From Buchnera aphidicola (Therioaphis trifolii) (GTDB lineage Bacteria; Pseudomonadota; Gammaproteobacteria; Enterobacterales; Enterobacteriaceae), in the NCBI RefSeq assembly GCF_005080705.1, contig NZ_CP032996.1, positions 240,001 through 272,000 of the forward strand: DNA of 32,000 nt, given 5' to 3'. A model generated the notes under the pieces. The model ran no database searches. It saw nothing but the letters and a program-made list of their open reading frames with translations, and had not been told where the DNA came from. This document shows, piece after piece, positions 11,407 through 19,561 of this stretch; the stretch's first letter is position 1, and each line of letters begins with the position of its first letter. Both the position numbers and the translations under genes were made by a program.

Positions 11407-12969
11407 TTATTTTTCATATATTTTATTTAATTTTAAAATAACCTGTTTTGCTCTCCAAATATTATTTAAAACATTAATCATAGCTTTTGTAGAAGCTTCA
11501 ATAATATCAGTTGCAAGACCAATACCATGAAATTTTCGTGATTGATATTCTACAAGAATATCAACTTGTCCTAAAGCATCCTTACCTTGACCTTTAGCAA
11601 ATAATTGAAATTTTTGTAAGAAAATTTTATAATCAGAAATTTTATGTAAAGCACGATATACAGCATCAATAGGACCATTACTTGTAGTAGCAGATTTAGT
11701 AATAATTTTTTTTCCACATAATAATGTTACTGAAGCTGTAGCAGAACCACTAGAACTAGATTTAATATTAAAATATTCTAAATGAAAATATTCTGGTTTT
11801 TCTTGTTGATTATTTATAAAAGCTAAAGCTTCTAAATCATAATCAAAAACTTGACCTTTTTTATCTGCTAATTTTAAAAATGAAACATATAATTTATTAA
11901 TATCATATTCATTATCTTTATAACCCATTTGTTTCATTCTATGTTTTACTGCAGCTCTTCCTGAACGAGATGTTAAATTTAATTTTTTTTCTTTTAAACC
12001 AATTAATTGAGGTGAAATAATTTCATAATTTTGTCGATTTTTTAAAATTCCATCTTGATGTATTCCTGACGAATGTGAAAAAGCATTACTTCCAATAATA
12101 GCCTTATTTGCTGGTATTGGCATATTACAAATTTGACTAACAATTTTACTTGTTTTATATATTTCTTTAGTTTTAATAGTAGTATATACATTTAAAATAT
12201 CTTTTCTAGCAATAATTGCCATAATAATTTCTTCTAAAGCTGCATTTCCTGCTCTTTCTCCAATACCATTCATTGTTCCTTCTATTTGTCTAGCTCCAGA
12301 TAAAATTGCAGAAATTGAATTTCCAACTGCCATTCCTAAATCATTATGACAATGTACAGAAATAATTGCTTTATCAATATTTGGTACTTTTTGATATAAT
12401 GATTTAATAATATTACCAAATTGATTAGGTAAAGTATAACCTACAGTATCAGGAATATTAATTGTTGTAGCTCCAGCAGAAATAGCATGTTCAACTACTC
12501 TACAAAGATTATCTAAAGAAGTTCGACCAGCATCTTCACAAGAAAATTCAATATCATTTGTATAACGTTTTGCACGTTTAATAGAATGTATTGTCATATC
12601 AAGAATTTCATTTAAATTTTTATTTAATTTAGATTTCATATGTAAATCTGAAGTACCTAAAAATATGTGAATACGAAAATCTTCTAATACTGACATGGCA
12701 TCTGCAGCAACATCAATATCTTTATCAATACAACGTGCTAAACTGCATATTTTAGTATTTTTAATTATTTTAGATATTTCTCTAACAGAATTAAAATCTC
12801 CAGGAGAAGAAATAGGAAAACCAACTTCTATAATATCAATTTTCATTCTTTCTAATGCTATTGCAATTTGTAGTTTTTCTTTTACACTTAAACTTGCTTG
12901 TAAAGCTTGTTCACCATCTCGTAATGATGTATCAAAAATAATAACTTTGTCATTCATAAAATGATCCAA
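11407..12969 (-). CDS. leuA: 2-isopropylmalate synthase
   Basis: 520 aa, with [12 protein letters not shown] and [13 protein letters not shown]. The second ATG (12955-12957, [10 protein letters not shown]) matches the E. coli N-terminus (MSQQVIIFDT) better and has GGA upstream. Confidence 0.96.
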   Translation of the reverse strand: MDHFMNDKVIIFDTSLRDGEQALQASLSVKEKLQIAIALERMKIDIIEVGFPISSPGDFNSVREISKIIKNTKICSLARCIDKDIDVAADAMSVLEDFRIHIFLGTSDLHMKSKLNKNLNEILDMTIHSIKRAKRYTNDIEFSCEDAGRTSLDNLCRVVEHAISAGATTINIPDTVGYTLPNQFGNIIKSLYQKVPNIDKAIISVHCHNDLGMAVGNSISAILSGARQIEGTMNGIGERAGNAALEEIIMAIIARKDILNVYTTIKTKEIYKTSKIVSQICNMPIPANKAIIGSNAFSHSSGIHQDGILKNRQNYEIISPQLIGLKEKKLNLTSRSGRAAVKHRMKQMGYKDNEYDINKLYVSFLKLADKKGQVFDYDLEALAFINNQQEKPEYFHLEYFNIKSSSSGSATASVTLLCGKKIITKSATTSNGPIDAVYRALHKISDYKIFLQKFQLFAKGQGKDALGQVDILVEYQSRKFHGIGLATDIIEASTKAMINVLNNIWRAKQVILKLNKIYEK

Positions 12970-13026
12970 TATAAATTATTAATAATTTTATAATATATCT
13001 TTTATCATTAAATAATATTTTTATAT

Positions 13027-13266
13027 TTAAGTAATCATATTTAATTCTAAAATAAATATATTAGGATTTTTTTGATTTGTTTTAACATTAATTATATTGG
13101 GAGTTATTTTAATATATTTATCTACAACAGATAAAATTTCTTTTTTTAATTTAAAAAAATATTTTGGATGTATTATATTTTTTTTGGAAAAAATAACTTG
13201 TAATCTTTTTTTAGCTATATATGCTGTATTTTTTTTACGAAATAAAAAAAAATCTAATAATGACAT
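13027..13266 (-). CDS. minE: cell division topological specificity factor MinE
   Basis: 79 aa. MSLLDFFLFRKKNTAYIAKKRLQVI matches E. coli [25 protein letters not shown]. Confidence 0.93.
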   Translation of the reverse strand: MSLLDFFLFRKKNTAYIAKKRLQVIFSKKNIIHPKYFFKLKKEILSVVDKYIKITPNIINVKTNQKNPNIFILELNMIT

Positions 13267-13269
13267 TAT

Positions 13270-14082
13270 TTATCTCCAAAATAATCTTCTAAAAAAACTT
13301 TTTTTTTCTTCTTTTAAAAAACGAAAATTACATTTTTTTCCAAGTAATCTATTAACTGTATCAAAATATGCTTGACCTGCTTTTGATTTTTGATTTAAAA
13401 TAATAGATTCACCCTGATTAGATGATTTTAATACAGCAGAATCTTCTGGAATTACTCCAATTACAGGAATACGAAGAACATCTAAAACATCATCCATACT
13501 TAACATATCTCCTTGTTTTACGCGTTTGGGATTATATCTATTTAATAATAAATACTCTTTTACAGGAAATAAATTTTTTTTAGATCTATTTGATTGAGAA
13601 GAAATAATACCTAAAATACGATCAGAATCACGAACAGAAGATACTTCTGGATTTGTAATAATAATAGCTTCATCTGCAAAATACATAGCTAAAATAGCTC
13701 CAGTTTCAATTCCAGCTGGAGAATCACAAATAATAAAATCAAAATTCATATCTAATAATTTTTTAAAAATTAAATTAATACCATCTTTAGTTAAAGAATC
13801 TTTATTTCGAGTTTGTGATGCAGGTAAAATAAATAAATTTTTTGTATATTTATCTTTAATAATTGCCTGATGAATAATTGCATCTCCCTCAATAACATTA
13901 ATTAAATCATATACTACTCTTCTCTCACACCCCATAATTAAATCTAAATTTCGTAATCCAATATCAAAATCGATTACTATAGTTTTATTACCAAGTTGAG
14001 CAAGACCAGTAGCAATTGCTGCACTAGAAGTAGTTTTTCCAACTCCTCCTTTTCCTGATGTAATTACAATAATACGAGCCAT
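13270..14082 (-). CDS. minD: septum site-determining ATPase MinD
   Basis: Homology starts at MARIIVITSGKGGVGKTT (ATG 14080-14082). The track start at 14130 adds 16 unsupported residues and would overlap minC. Confidence 0.95.
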   Translation of the reverse strand: MARIIVITSGKGGVGKTTSSAAIATGLAQLGNKTIVIDFDIGLRNLDLIMGCERRVVYDLINVIEGDAIIHQAIIKDKYTKNLFILPASQTRNKDSLTKDGINLIFKKLLDMNFDFIICDSPAGIETGAILAMYFADEAIIITNPEVSSVRDSDRILGIISSQSNRSKKNLFPVKEYLLLNRYNPKRVKQGDMLSMDDVLDVLRIPVIGVIPEDSAVLKSSNQGESIILNQKSKAGQAYFDTVNRLLGKKCNFRFLKEEKKSFFRRLFWR

Positions 14083-14110
14083 ATATTCATACCATAGAAA
14101 TATAAAAAAT

Positions 14111-14809
14111 TTATGAAAATGTATTAACATTTAAAATATTATTTTTTAAAAAAATGTGAACTCCATGTCCTAAAAAATTAGATGATATTTGATCAATTAA
14201 TAAATATTCTCCTGAAATTGAAACAATTTCAGCAAAAAATTTTGTACAAAAAATATTTTTTGTTATATCTCCATGTACTCCAGCTAAAGCCCGTCCTCTC
14301 ATTGTTCCATAAATATGTATATCTCCTGCAGCAATTAATTCTGCACCTGCACTAACATTATTAATAATAATTAAATTTGATTTATTTGCATAAATTTTTT
14401 GACCTGATCTTACTGGTGTAGTAATAATTTTAGAATTTAGTTGTTTATAATTTAAAAAATTATTTTTTTTTTTGAGAAATTGAATATTTTTTAAAAAATT
14501 CTTTCCTTCTTTAATAATTGGTAAACCTGATTTTAATATTGTATGTTTTAAAATACAATTTATATAACCACATATTCCAATAATTTTTAATCCAGTATCT
14601 ATAATAGCTTGTTGCATATTTTTCCAATTTACTGAATGTGTTAAATGAGAAATATTTAATATAACAGAAGCATTTTTAAAAAAATTAGGTGCTTCTTGAA
14701 TTTTTTTATATATTGCTTGTTTAACTATATCTATAGTATCATTTTTAATATATAACACTAAAAATGTAAAAATATTACCTTTAAATTCAATTGGTTTTTT
14801 TTGTAACAT
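14111..14809 (-). CDS. minC: septum site-determining protein MinC
   Basis: 232 aa, with PIEFKGNIFT at the N-terminus and TPVRSGQKIYA...SAGAELIAAGDIHIYGTMRGRALAG in the C-terminal beta-helix, as in E. coli MinC. Confidence 0.92.
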   Translation of the reverse strand: MLQKKPIEFKGNIFTFLVLYIKNDTIDIVKQAIYKKIQEAPNFFKNASVILNISHLTHSVNWKNMQQAIIDTGLKIIGICGYINCILKHTILKSGLPIIKEGKNFLKNIQFLKKKNNFLNYKQLNSKIITTPVRSGQKIYANKSNLIIINNVSAGAELIAAGDIHIYGTMRGRALAGVHGDITKNIFCTKFFAEIVSISGEYLLIDQISSNFLGHGVHIFLKNNILNVNTFS

Positions 14810-14876
14810 TTTTTTAAATTATTATTTATTTAATGATATATTAAAATATATATATTATTTTAATGAGGTAAATTTT

Positions 14877-15896
14877 ATATTATATTTAACTGATGAAAGT
14901 AAAATATTAATTCAATATTTTAAAAAATTTAAAAATAAAAAAATAATTTTATCTGGAAATATTCAAGATGAAATATTTTTATATTTAAAAATAAAAAAAA
15001 AAAAAATGCATTTACAAAAATGTTATAATAATGAAATTATAAATAATAAATTTAAAAAAAAAATTTGTTTTCGAATATTTCCAAGAAAAGAATTTTTTTT
15101 TCAATATAATACATTAATATTTTTTTTAATAAAAGATAAAAAAGAATTAATTTTTCAATTAATGTATTTTTTATCTAATATGAATATTAAAAATGAAATT
15201 TTTATAATAGGAAAAAATAATTTTGGAATTAATAGTTTAAATAATATTTTTAAAGAATGGATTATTTTAAAAAAAATAAAGTATAAAAAAAAATGTACAT
15301 TATATTATGGAAGAATTCAAAAAAAACCAATATTTATATTAAAAAAATATTTAAAAAAATATAATGTATTTAATATAAACATTATTACTTTACCAGGAGT
15401 TTTTGGTTATAAAAAATTTGATTTAGGTAGTAAAATTATGATTTCTAGTTTTAAAAAAAAAATTACAGGTAAAATATTAGATATTGGGTCTGGATCTGGA
15501 ATATTATCTATTTTTTTAAAAAAAAAATTTAAAAATATTAAAATTACACTTATTGATAATAATAGCACTGCATTATTATGCAGTAAATATAATTTAAAAA
15601 TTAATAAAATATCAGGATGTGTTTATTATAGTAATATATTTTCTCACATTAATGAAAAATTTAATTTAATTATTTCAAATCCTCCAACACATTATGGAAA
15701 TTATAATAATTTAAATATTATTTATAAAATTATAAAAAAATCAAAAAAATATTTATATAAAAATGGTGAATTAAGAATTATATTACATTCTAATATATCA
15801 TGTAAACAAATATTTATTAAATATTTTGGAAATTATAAAATTTTAAAAAAAAAACAACATTATAATATATATCAAACATTTAAAAAAAATATATAA
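14877..15896 (+). CDS. rsmC: 16S rRNA (guanine1207-N2)-methyltransferase; 5' boundary uncertain (track start 15006 is too short)
   Basis: Contains LPGVFGYKKFDLGSKIM, LDIGSGSGILS (SAM site) and SNPPTH (NPPxH). In-frame upstream codons encode LTDESKILIQYFKKFKNKKIILSGNIQDE, matching the E. coli RsmC N-terminus [25 protein letters not shown]. Starting at ATA 14877 gives about 339 aa, against 343 in E. coli. Confidence 0.85.
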   Translation: MLYLTDESKILIQYFKKFKNKKIILSGNIQDEIFLYLKIKKKKMHLQKCYNNEIINNKFKKKICFRIFPRKEFFFQYNTLIFFLIKDKKELIFQLMYFLSNMNIKNEIFIIGKNNFGINSLNNIFKEWIILKKIKYKKKCTLYYGRIQKKPIFILKKYLKKYNVFNINIITLPGVFGYKKFDLGSKIMISSFKKKITGKILDIGSGSGILSIFLKKKFKNIKITLIDNNSTALLCSKYNLKINKISGCVYYSNIFSHINEKFNLIISNPPTHYGNYNNLNIIYKIIKKSKKYLYKNGELRIILHSNISCKQIFIKYFGNYKILKKKQHYNIYQTFKKNI

Positions 15897-15901
15897 AATA
15901 T

Positions 15902-15985
15902 TACCCGGAGCGGGAATCGAACCCGCAAGGCTGTTATGCCGAGGGATTTTAAGTCCCTTGTGTTTACCTATTTCACCACCCGGGC
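15902..15985 (-). tRNA. leuZ: tRNA-Leu (anticodon UAA), class II long variable arm, no encoded CCA
   Basis: Reverse complement is gcccgggtggtgaaataggtaaacacaagggacttaaaatccctcggcataacagccttgcgggttcgattcccgctccgggta. It is near-identical in layout to E. coli leuZ, with anticodon loop cTTAAaa. Confidence 0.93.
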
Positions 15986-15989
15986 TAAA

Positions 15990-16060
15990 AGGCGCGTTCT
16001 GGAATTGAACCAGACTATACGGATTTGCAGTCCGCTACATAACCGATCTGTCAACGCGCC
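15990..16060 (-). tRNA. cysT: tRNA-Cys (anticodon GCA), U73 discriminator, no encoded CCA
   Basis: Reverse complement is ggcgcgttgacagatcggttatgtagcggactgcaaatccgtatagtctggttcaattccagaacgcgcct. It closely matches E. coli cysT and lies 4 nt upstream of tRNA-Leu on the same strand. Confidence 0.94.
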
Positions 16061-16081
16061 AAAAATTATTAATCAATTAAT

Positions 16082-16110
16082 ATTTTAAACTGTATTAAAT
16101 ATATTGTCCA
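16082..16110 (-). promoter_or_regulatory. candidate sigma70 promoter for the tRNA-Cys/tRNA-Leu pair
   Basis: The minus strand reads TGGACA (16110-16105), a 17-nt spacer, then TAAAAT (16087-16082). The -10 ends 21 nt before the tRNA-Cys 5' end. The G/C-containing -35 stands out in A/T-only surroundings. Confidence 0.35.
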
Positions 16111-16160
16111 ACTTTTTTTAATATTTTTTAGATAATAATTATTAAAAAAATATAAAAAAC

Positions 16161-16189
16161 TTTACATTGAAAAAAAATTATATTAATAT
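16161..16189 (+). promoter_or_regulatory. weak candidate promoter for tRNA-Ser
   Basis: TTTACA (16161-16166), a 17-nt spacer, then TAATAT (16184-16189), 47 nt upstream of tRNA-Ser. Such -10-like hexamers are common in this composition. Confidence 0.2.
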
Positions 16190-16236
16190 ATAATATAATT
16201 TATATTTTATTATATATGTTAAAAAGTGTTATTTTA

Positions 16237-16324
16237 GGAGGAGTGGCCGAGTGGTTTAAGGCAGCGGTCTTGAAAACCGCAGATGAGTAATACTTATCCG
16301 AGAGTTCGAATCCCTCCTCCTCCA
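16237..16324 (+). tRNA. serT: tRNA-Ser (anticodon UGA), long variable arm, no encoded CCA
   Basis: The sequence is ggaggagtggccgagtggtttaaggcagcggtcttgaaaaccgcagatgagtaatacttatccgagagttcgaatccctcctcctcca. The acceptor stem (GGAGGAG/CTCCTCC) and anticodon stem are perfect, and the variable stem is 7 bp. There is one A:C mismatch in the T stem (gagag/ccctc). Confidence 0.9.
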
Positions 16325-16349
16325 ATTGTTATATACAATATAATTTAAA

Positions 16350-17885
16350 TTATTTAAAAATAAAATAAAATTGTCTTAATCGAATTCCTAAAATAAATAA
16401 CATAATAAAATATACTATCCAAGAAAATAAAAATATTATTATAAGTGTTATTATTTTATAAAAAAATAATTTATTATTCCAATTTGGTATTATATTAAAT
16501 AATATCATTAAAACAAAAAACATCATTAATGATGAAATAATTATTTTAAATATAAAATTTAACCATCCTGGTTGTAAATTAAATAATTTTCTTTTATTTA
16601 AAAACCAATATAATAAAATACAATTTAACCAAGCAGAAAAACTAATTGATAAAGACAAACCTAAATTTCCTAATTTCATAAATAAAAAAACAATATTAAT
16701 AATTTGTGTAAATAATATTGTTACAAAAGAAATAATCATTGGAGTTTTAACATCTTTTCTTGCATAAAATGCAGGAGATAAAATTTTTACTAATATTAAA
16801 CCTAATAAACCAAAAGAATAACCAATTAATGATCTTTCTGTCATTAAAGTATCAAATCTTGTAAATTTTCCATATTGAAATAATATTATAATTAATGGAT
16901 TTGATAAGTAATATAGTATAATTGAGCTAGGTAATCCAATCATAAAACTAATTCTTAATGCCCAATCAATTAATTTAGAAAATTGATCTTTTTTTTTATA
17001 AACAATACTCTTCGTTAAAGAAGATAATAATATAGTACCAAGTGGTATTCCTAATATTCCTACTGGAAATTCAATTAATCTATCAGCATAATACATCCAA
17101 GATACTGATCCAGAAATAAATAATGAAGATAAAACACTATTAATTAATAAAGATATATGATTTGCTGAAACTCCTAATATACCTATTCCCATTTTTTTTA
17201 ATAAATTTGATATTTTTAATAATTTTAAATTTATTTGAGGATATACCAACATATTTATTTTTTTTAAAAATAAAAATTGATATGTAAATTGTAAAATGCC
17301 TCCAAAAATAACAGACCATGCTAAAGAAAGTATTGGAGTATGAAAAAATTTTGTAAAAAATAAAGAAAATACAATCATACTACTATTAAGTAAAATAGGT
17401 GAAAAAACAGGAATTAAAAAATAATTCCAAATATTTAATATAGCTGTTGTTAAAGAAGATAAAGAAATAAAAAAAATATAAGGAAAAGTAATTTTTAATA
17501 ATTTAATAGTTAACTCAAATAAAATTTTTTTTTTAAAAAAACCAGGAACAATAAAAAAAATAATATAAGGAGAAAAATATATTCCTAAAACTGTTAAAAA
17601 AAATAACATTAAAATCATAAAACCTAAAATAGAAGAAAAAAATTTTTTTGCAATATTATTACTCTTTTTTTTATATTGAATTATAATAGGGATTATAATT
17701 TGTAAAAATGCTCCTTCTGCAAAAATTCGTTTTAATAAATTTGGTATTTTAAAAGCTACAAAAAATGCATCAGTAGATACTGAGACTCCAAATGTATATG
17801 CAATAATAAAATCACGTAAAAAACTTAAAGTTCTTGAAAAAAAAGTTATTAAACCAATACTAATAAAAGATTTTAAAAGATTCAT
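16350..17885 (-). CDS. murJ: lipid II flippase MurJ (MviN)
   Basis: 511 aa polytopic membrane protein. The N-terminus MNLLKSFISIGLITFFSRTLSFLRDFIIAYTFGVSVSTDAFFVAFKIPNLLKRIFAEGAF is typical of MurJ. Confidence 0.92.
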   Translation of the reverse strand: MNLLKSFISIGLITFFSRTLSFLRDFIIAYTFGVSVSTDAFFVAFKIPNLLKRIFAEGAFLQIIIPIIIQYKKKSNNIAKKFFSSILGFMILMLFFLTVLGIYFSPYIIFFIVPGFFKKKILFELTIKLLKITFPYIFFISLSSLTTAILNIWNYFLIPVFSPILLNSSMIVFSLFFTKFFHTPILSLAWSVIFGGILQFTYQFLFLKKINMLVYPQINLKLLKISNLLKKMGIGILGVSANHISLLINSVLSSLFISGSVSWMYYADRLIEFPVGILGIPLGTILLSSLTKSIVYKKKDQFSKLIDWALRISFMIGLPSSIILYYLSNPLIIILFQYGKFTRFDTLMTERSLIGYSFGLLGLILVKILSPAFYARKDVKTPMIISFVTILFTQIINIVFLFMKLGNLGLSLSISFSAWLNCILLYWFLNKRKLFNLQPGWLNFIFKIIISSLMMFFVLMILFNIIPNWNNKLFFYKIITLIIIFLFSWIVYFIMLFILGIRLRQFYFIFK

Positions 17886-18579
17886 ATTATTAATAAAATA
17901 ATTAAATTAATTTATAATATAAAAAAAATTAAAAAAATTAATTAAATAAAAACTTAAATTATTATAATAATATAAAATAAATAATTTAAATATAATATTT
18001 AATTAAAAATTATTCAATAATAAAATTATTTTAAATAATTTATCTTAATTAAAAATTAAAAAATAATATTAATAATATTAAAGATAATAATATATTAAAA
18101 TAATATTTATATTAAATATTTTTAATTTTTTTAATTAAAAATTTATTTATTTTAGAATATTATATTAAAAAAATTATAATTTAAATAATATAAAATTAAA
18201 AAATAAAATTATTTAAAATATCAAACATTTTTAATAAATTATATAAATTAATAATTTTATCATTAAATAAAAAATTTTTCAAGTATATTATTTAATAATA
18301 ATAAAATAAAATTTTTAATAAAATTATTATTTAAAAATATTTAAAAATTTTTTATGATGCATTTGAATTAATAAAATATAATATATAAATATTATTATCT
18401 TAATATATAATTATATAATATTTTTATAAAAAAATTATATATTTAAATATAAAATAATTTAATATAAAATAAAAAAAATAATATTTATAAAAAAAATATA
18501 ATTTATTATTAATATAAATATTTTATCAAATTACTAAAATAATAAATAAAATATAAAATTAAATATTTTATGGAATAAA
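17886..18579. other. 694-bp non-coding A/T desert between divergent murJ and rluC
   Basis: I count about 20 G/C in 694 nt. There is no ORF longer than a few codons, and it is the longest spacer in the window by more than 2-fold. Confidence 0.9.
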
Positions 18580-19536
18580 ATGTATAATAAAAATATTTTA
18601 AATATAAAAATTACAGCAAATGAGTCTGAACAAAGAATAGATAATTTCATACGTAAAAAATTTCAAAAAATTTCAAAAAATAAATTATATAAAATTATAA
18701 GAATAGGATGTATTAAAGTTAATCAAAAAAAAACTTTTCCATCTTATAAATTAAAAATAAATGATACATTATCATATTTTAAAGATATACAATTAAAAGA
18801 AAATAAATATGGAAATATTATTTTAAGTAAAAATATTAAAAAAAAAATTTTATCTTCTATTTTATTTGAAGATAATGATTTATTAGTAATTAATAAACCA
18901 TCTGGAATTGCTGTGCATGGGGGAAGTGGTTTAAAATTTGGTATTATAGAAATTTTTAGAATATTAAAACCAAAATGTAAATTTTTAGAATTAATACATC
19001 GTATTGATAGAGATACATCTGGAATATTAATGTTAGCAAAAAAAAAATCAATATTAAGAGATATACATAAACAATTTCGAGAAAAAAAAATATTTAAAAA
19101 ATATATTGCTATAGTACATGGTATTTTAAATATAAATAAACAACATATATTTGCATCACTAAAAAAAAATAAATTAAAAAATGGAATTAAAATAGTTAAA
19201 ATAGATCCATTAGGTCAAAAATCTTTAAGTATTATAAAAGTAAAAAAAAGATTTAATGAAAATACATTAATAGAAATTATTCCTAAGACTGGAAGAACAC
19301 ATCAAATTCGAGTACATTGTGCATATATTGGTTATCCAATTATTTTTGATAATATTTATGGAAATCATGAATTAGATTATAATATTCATTTAAAAAAAAA
19401 ATATAAAAAAATTTTATTACATGCTAATGAAATTAGATTTTATCATCCTAAACAAAAAAAACAATATTTTTTAAATGCTCCTTTAAGAAATAGATTTAAA
19501 ATATTTTTAAATCAAATTAATAAACAAAAAAATTAA
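18580..19536 (+). CDS. rluC: 23S rRNA pseudouridine955/2504/2580 synthase
   Basis: 318 aa with an S4-like N-terminus (QRIDNFIRKKF). Contains LVINKPSGIAVHGGSG, HRIDRDTSGILMLAKK and TGRTHQIRVH. Confidence 0.93.
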   Translation: MYNKNILNIKITANESEQRIDNFIRKKFQKISKNKLYKIIRIGCIKVNQKKTFPSYKLKINDTLSYFKDIQLKENKYGNIILSKNIKKKILSSILFEDNDLLVINKPSGIAVHGGSGLKFGIIEIFRILKPKCKFLELIHRIDRDTSGILMLAKKKSILRDIHKQFREKKIFKKYIAIVHGILNINKQHIFASLKKNKLKNGIKIVKIDPLGQKSLSIIKVKKRFNENTLIEIIPKTGRTHQIRVHCAYIGYPIIFDNIYGNHELDYNIHLKKKYKKILLHANEIRFYHPKQKKQYFLNAPLRNRFKIFLNQINKQKN

Positions 19537-19561
19537 ATACATTTATTAGGAATAATATAAA

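Noticed and set aside
12695-12964. 89-aa plus-strand ORF inside leuA
   Set aside because: It is antisense to the most conserved N-terminal catalytic part of LeuA, so it is a shadow ORF.
12970-13026. Search for a leuL-type leader peptide and attenuator upstream of leuA
   Set aside because: The spacer is only 57 nt, with no start codon followed by Leu codons and no stem-loop. The conclusion is absence, reported under the leu finding.
13097-13375. 92-aa plus-strand ORF spanning minE/minD
   Set aside because: It is antisense to two well-supported genes and crosses their boundary. The translation is low-complexity Phe/Lys/Leu.
14083-14130. 16-codon N-terminal extension of minD in the ORF track (MLIHFHKFFIFLWYEY)
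   Set aside because: MinD homology begins exactly at MARIIVITSGKGGVGKTT. The extension would overlap the minC 3' end and has no counterpart in MinD proteins.
14863-14871. ATG-AGG-TAA mini-ORF upstream of rsmC
   Set aside because: It has only two sense codons and is out of frame with rsmC. The AGG more plausibly forms part of a GAGG ribosome-binding site. It is noted within the rsmC finding rather than called as a gene.
17886-18579. Possibility that the long A/T spacer hides an RNA gene, a replication origin, a repeat array or a recognisable pseudogene
   Set aside because: It has no G/C-rich helices of the kind seen in the tRNAs. I found no DnaA-box-like TTATCCACA motifs by eye and no regular tandem periodicity. 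No translated fragment resembles Flg or Rne proteins. Only the deletion-scar interpretation is kept, as inference.
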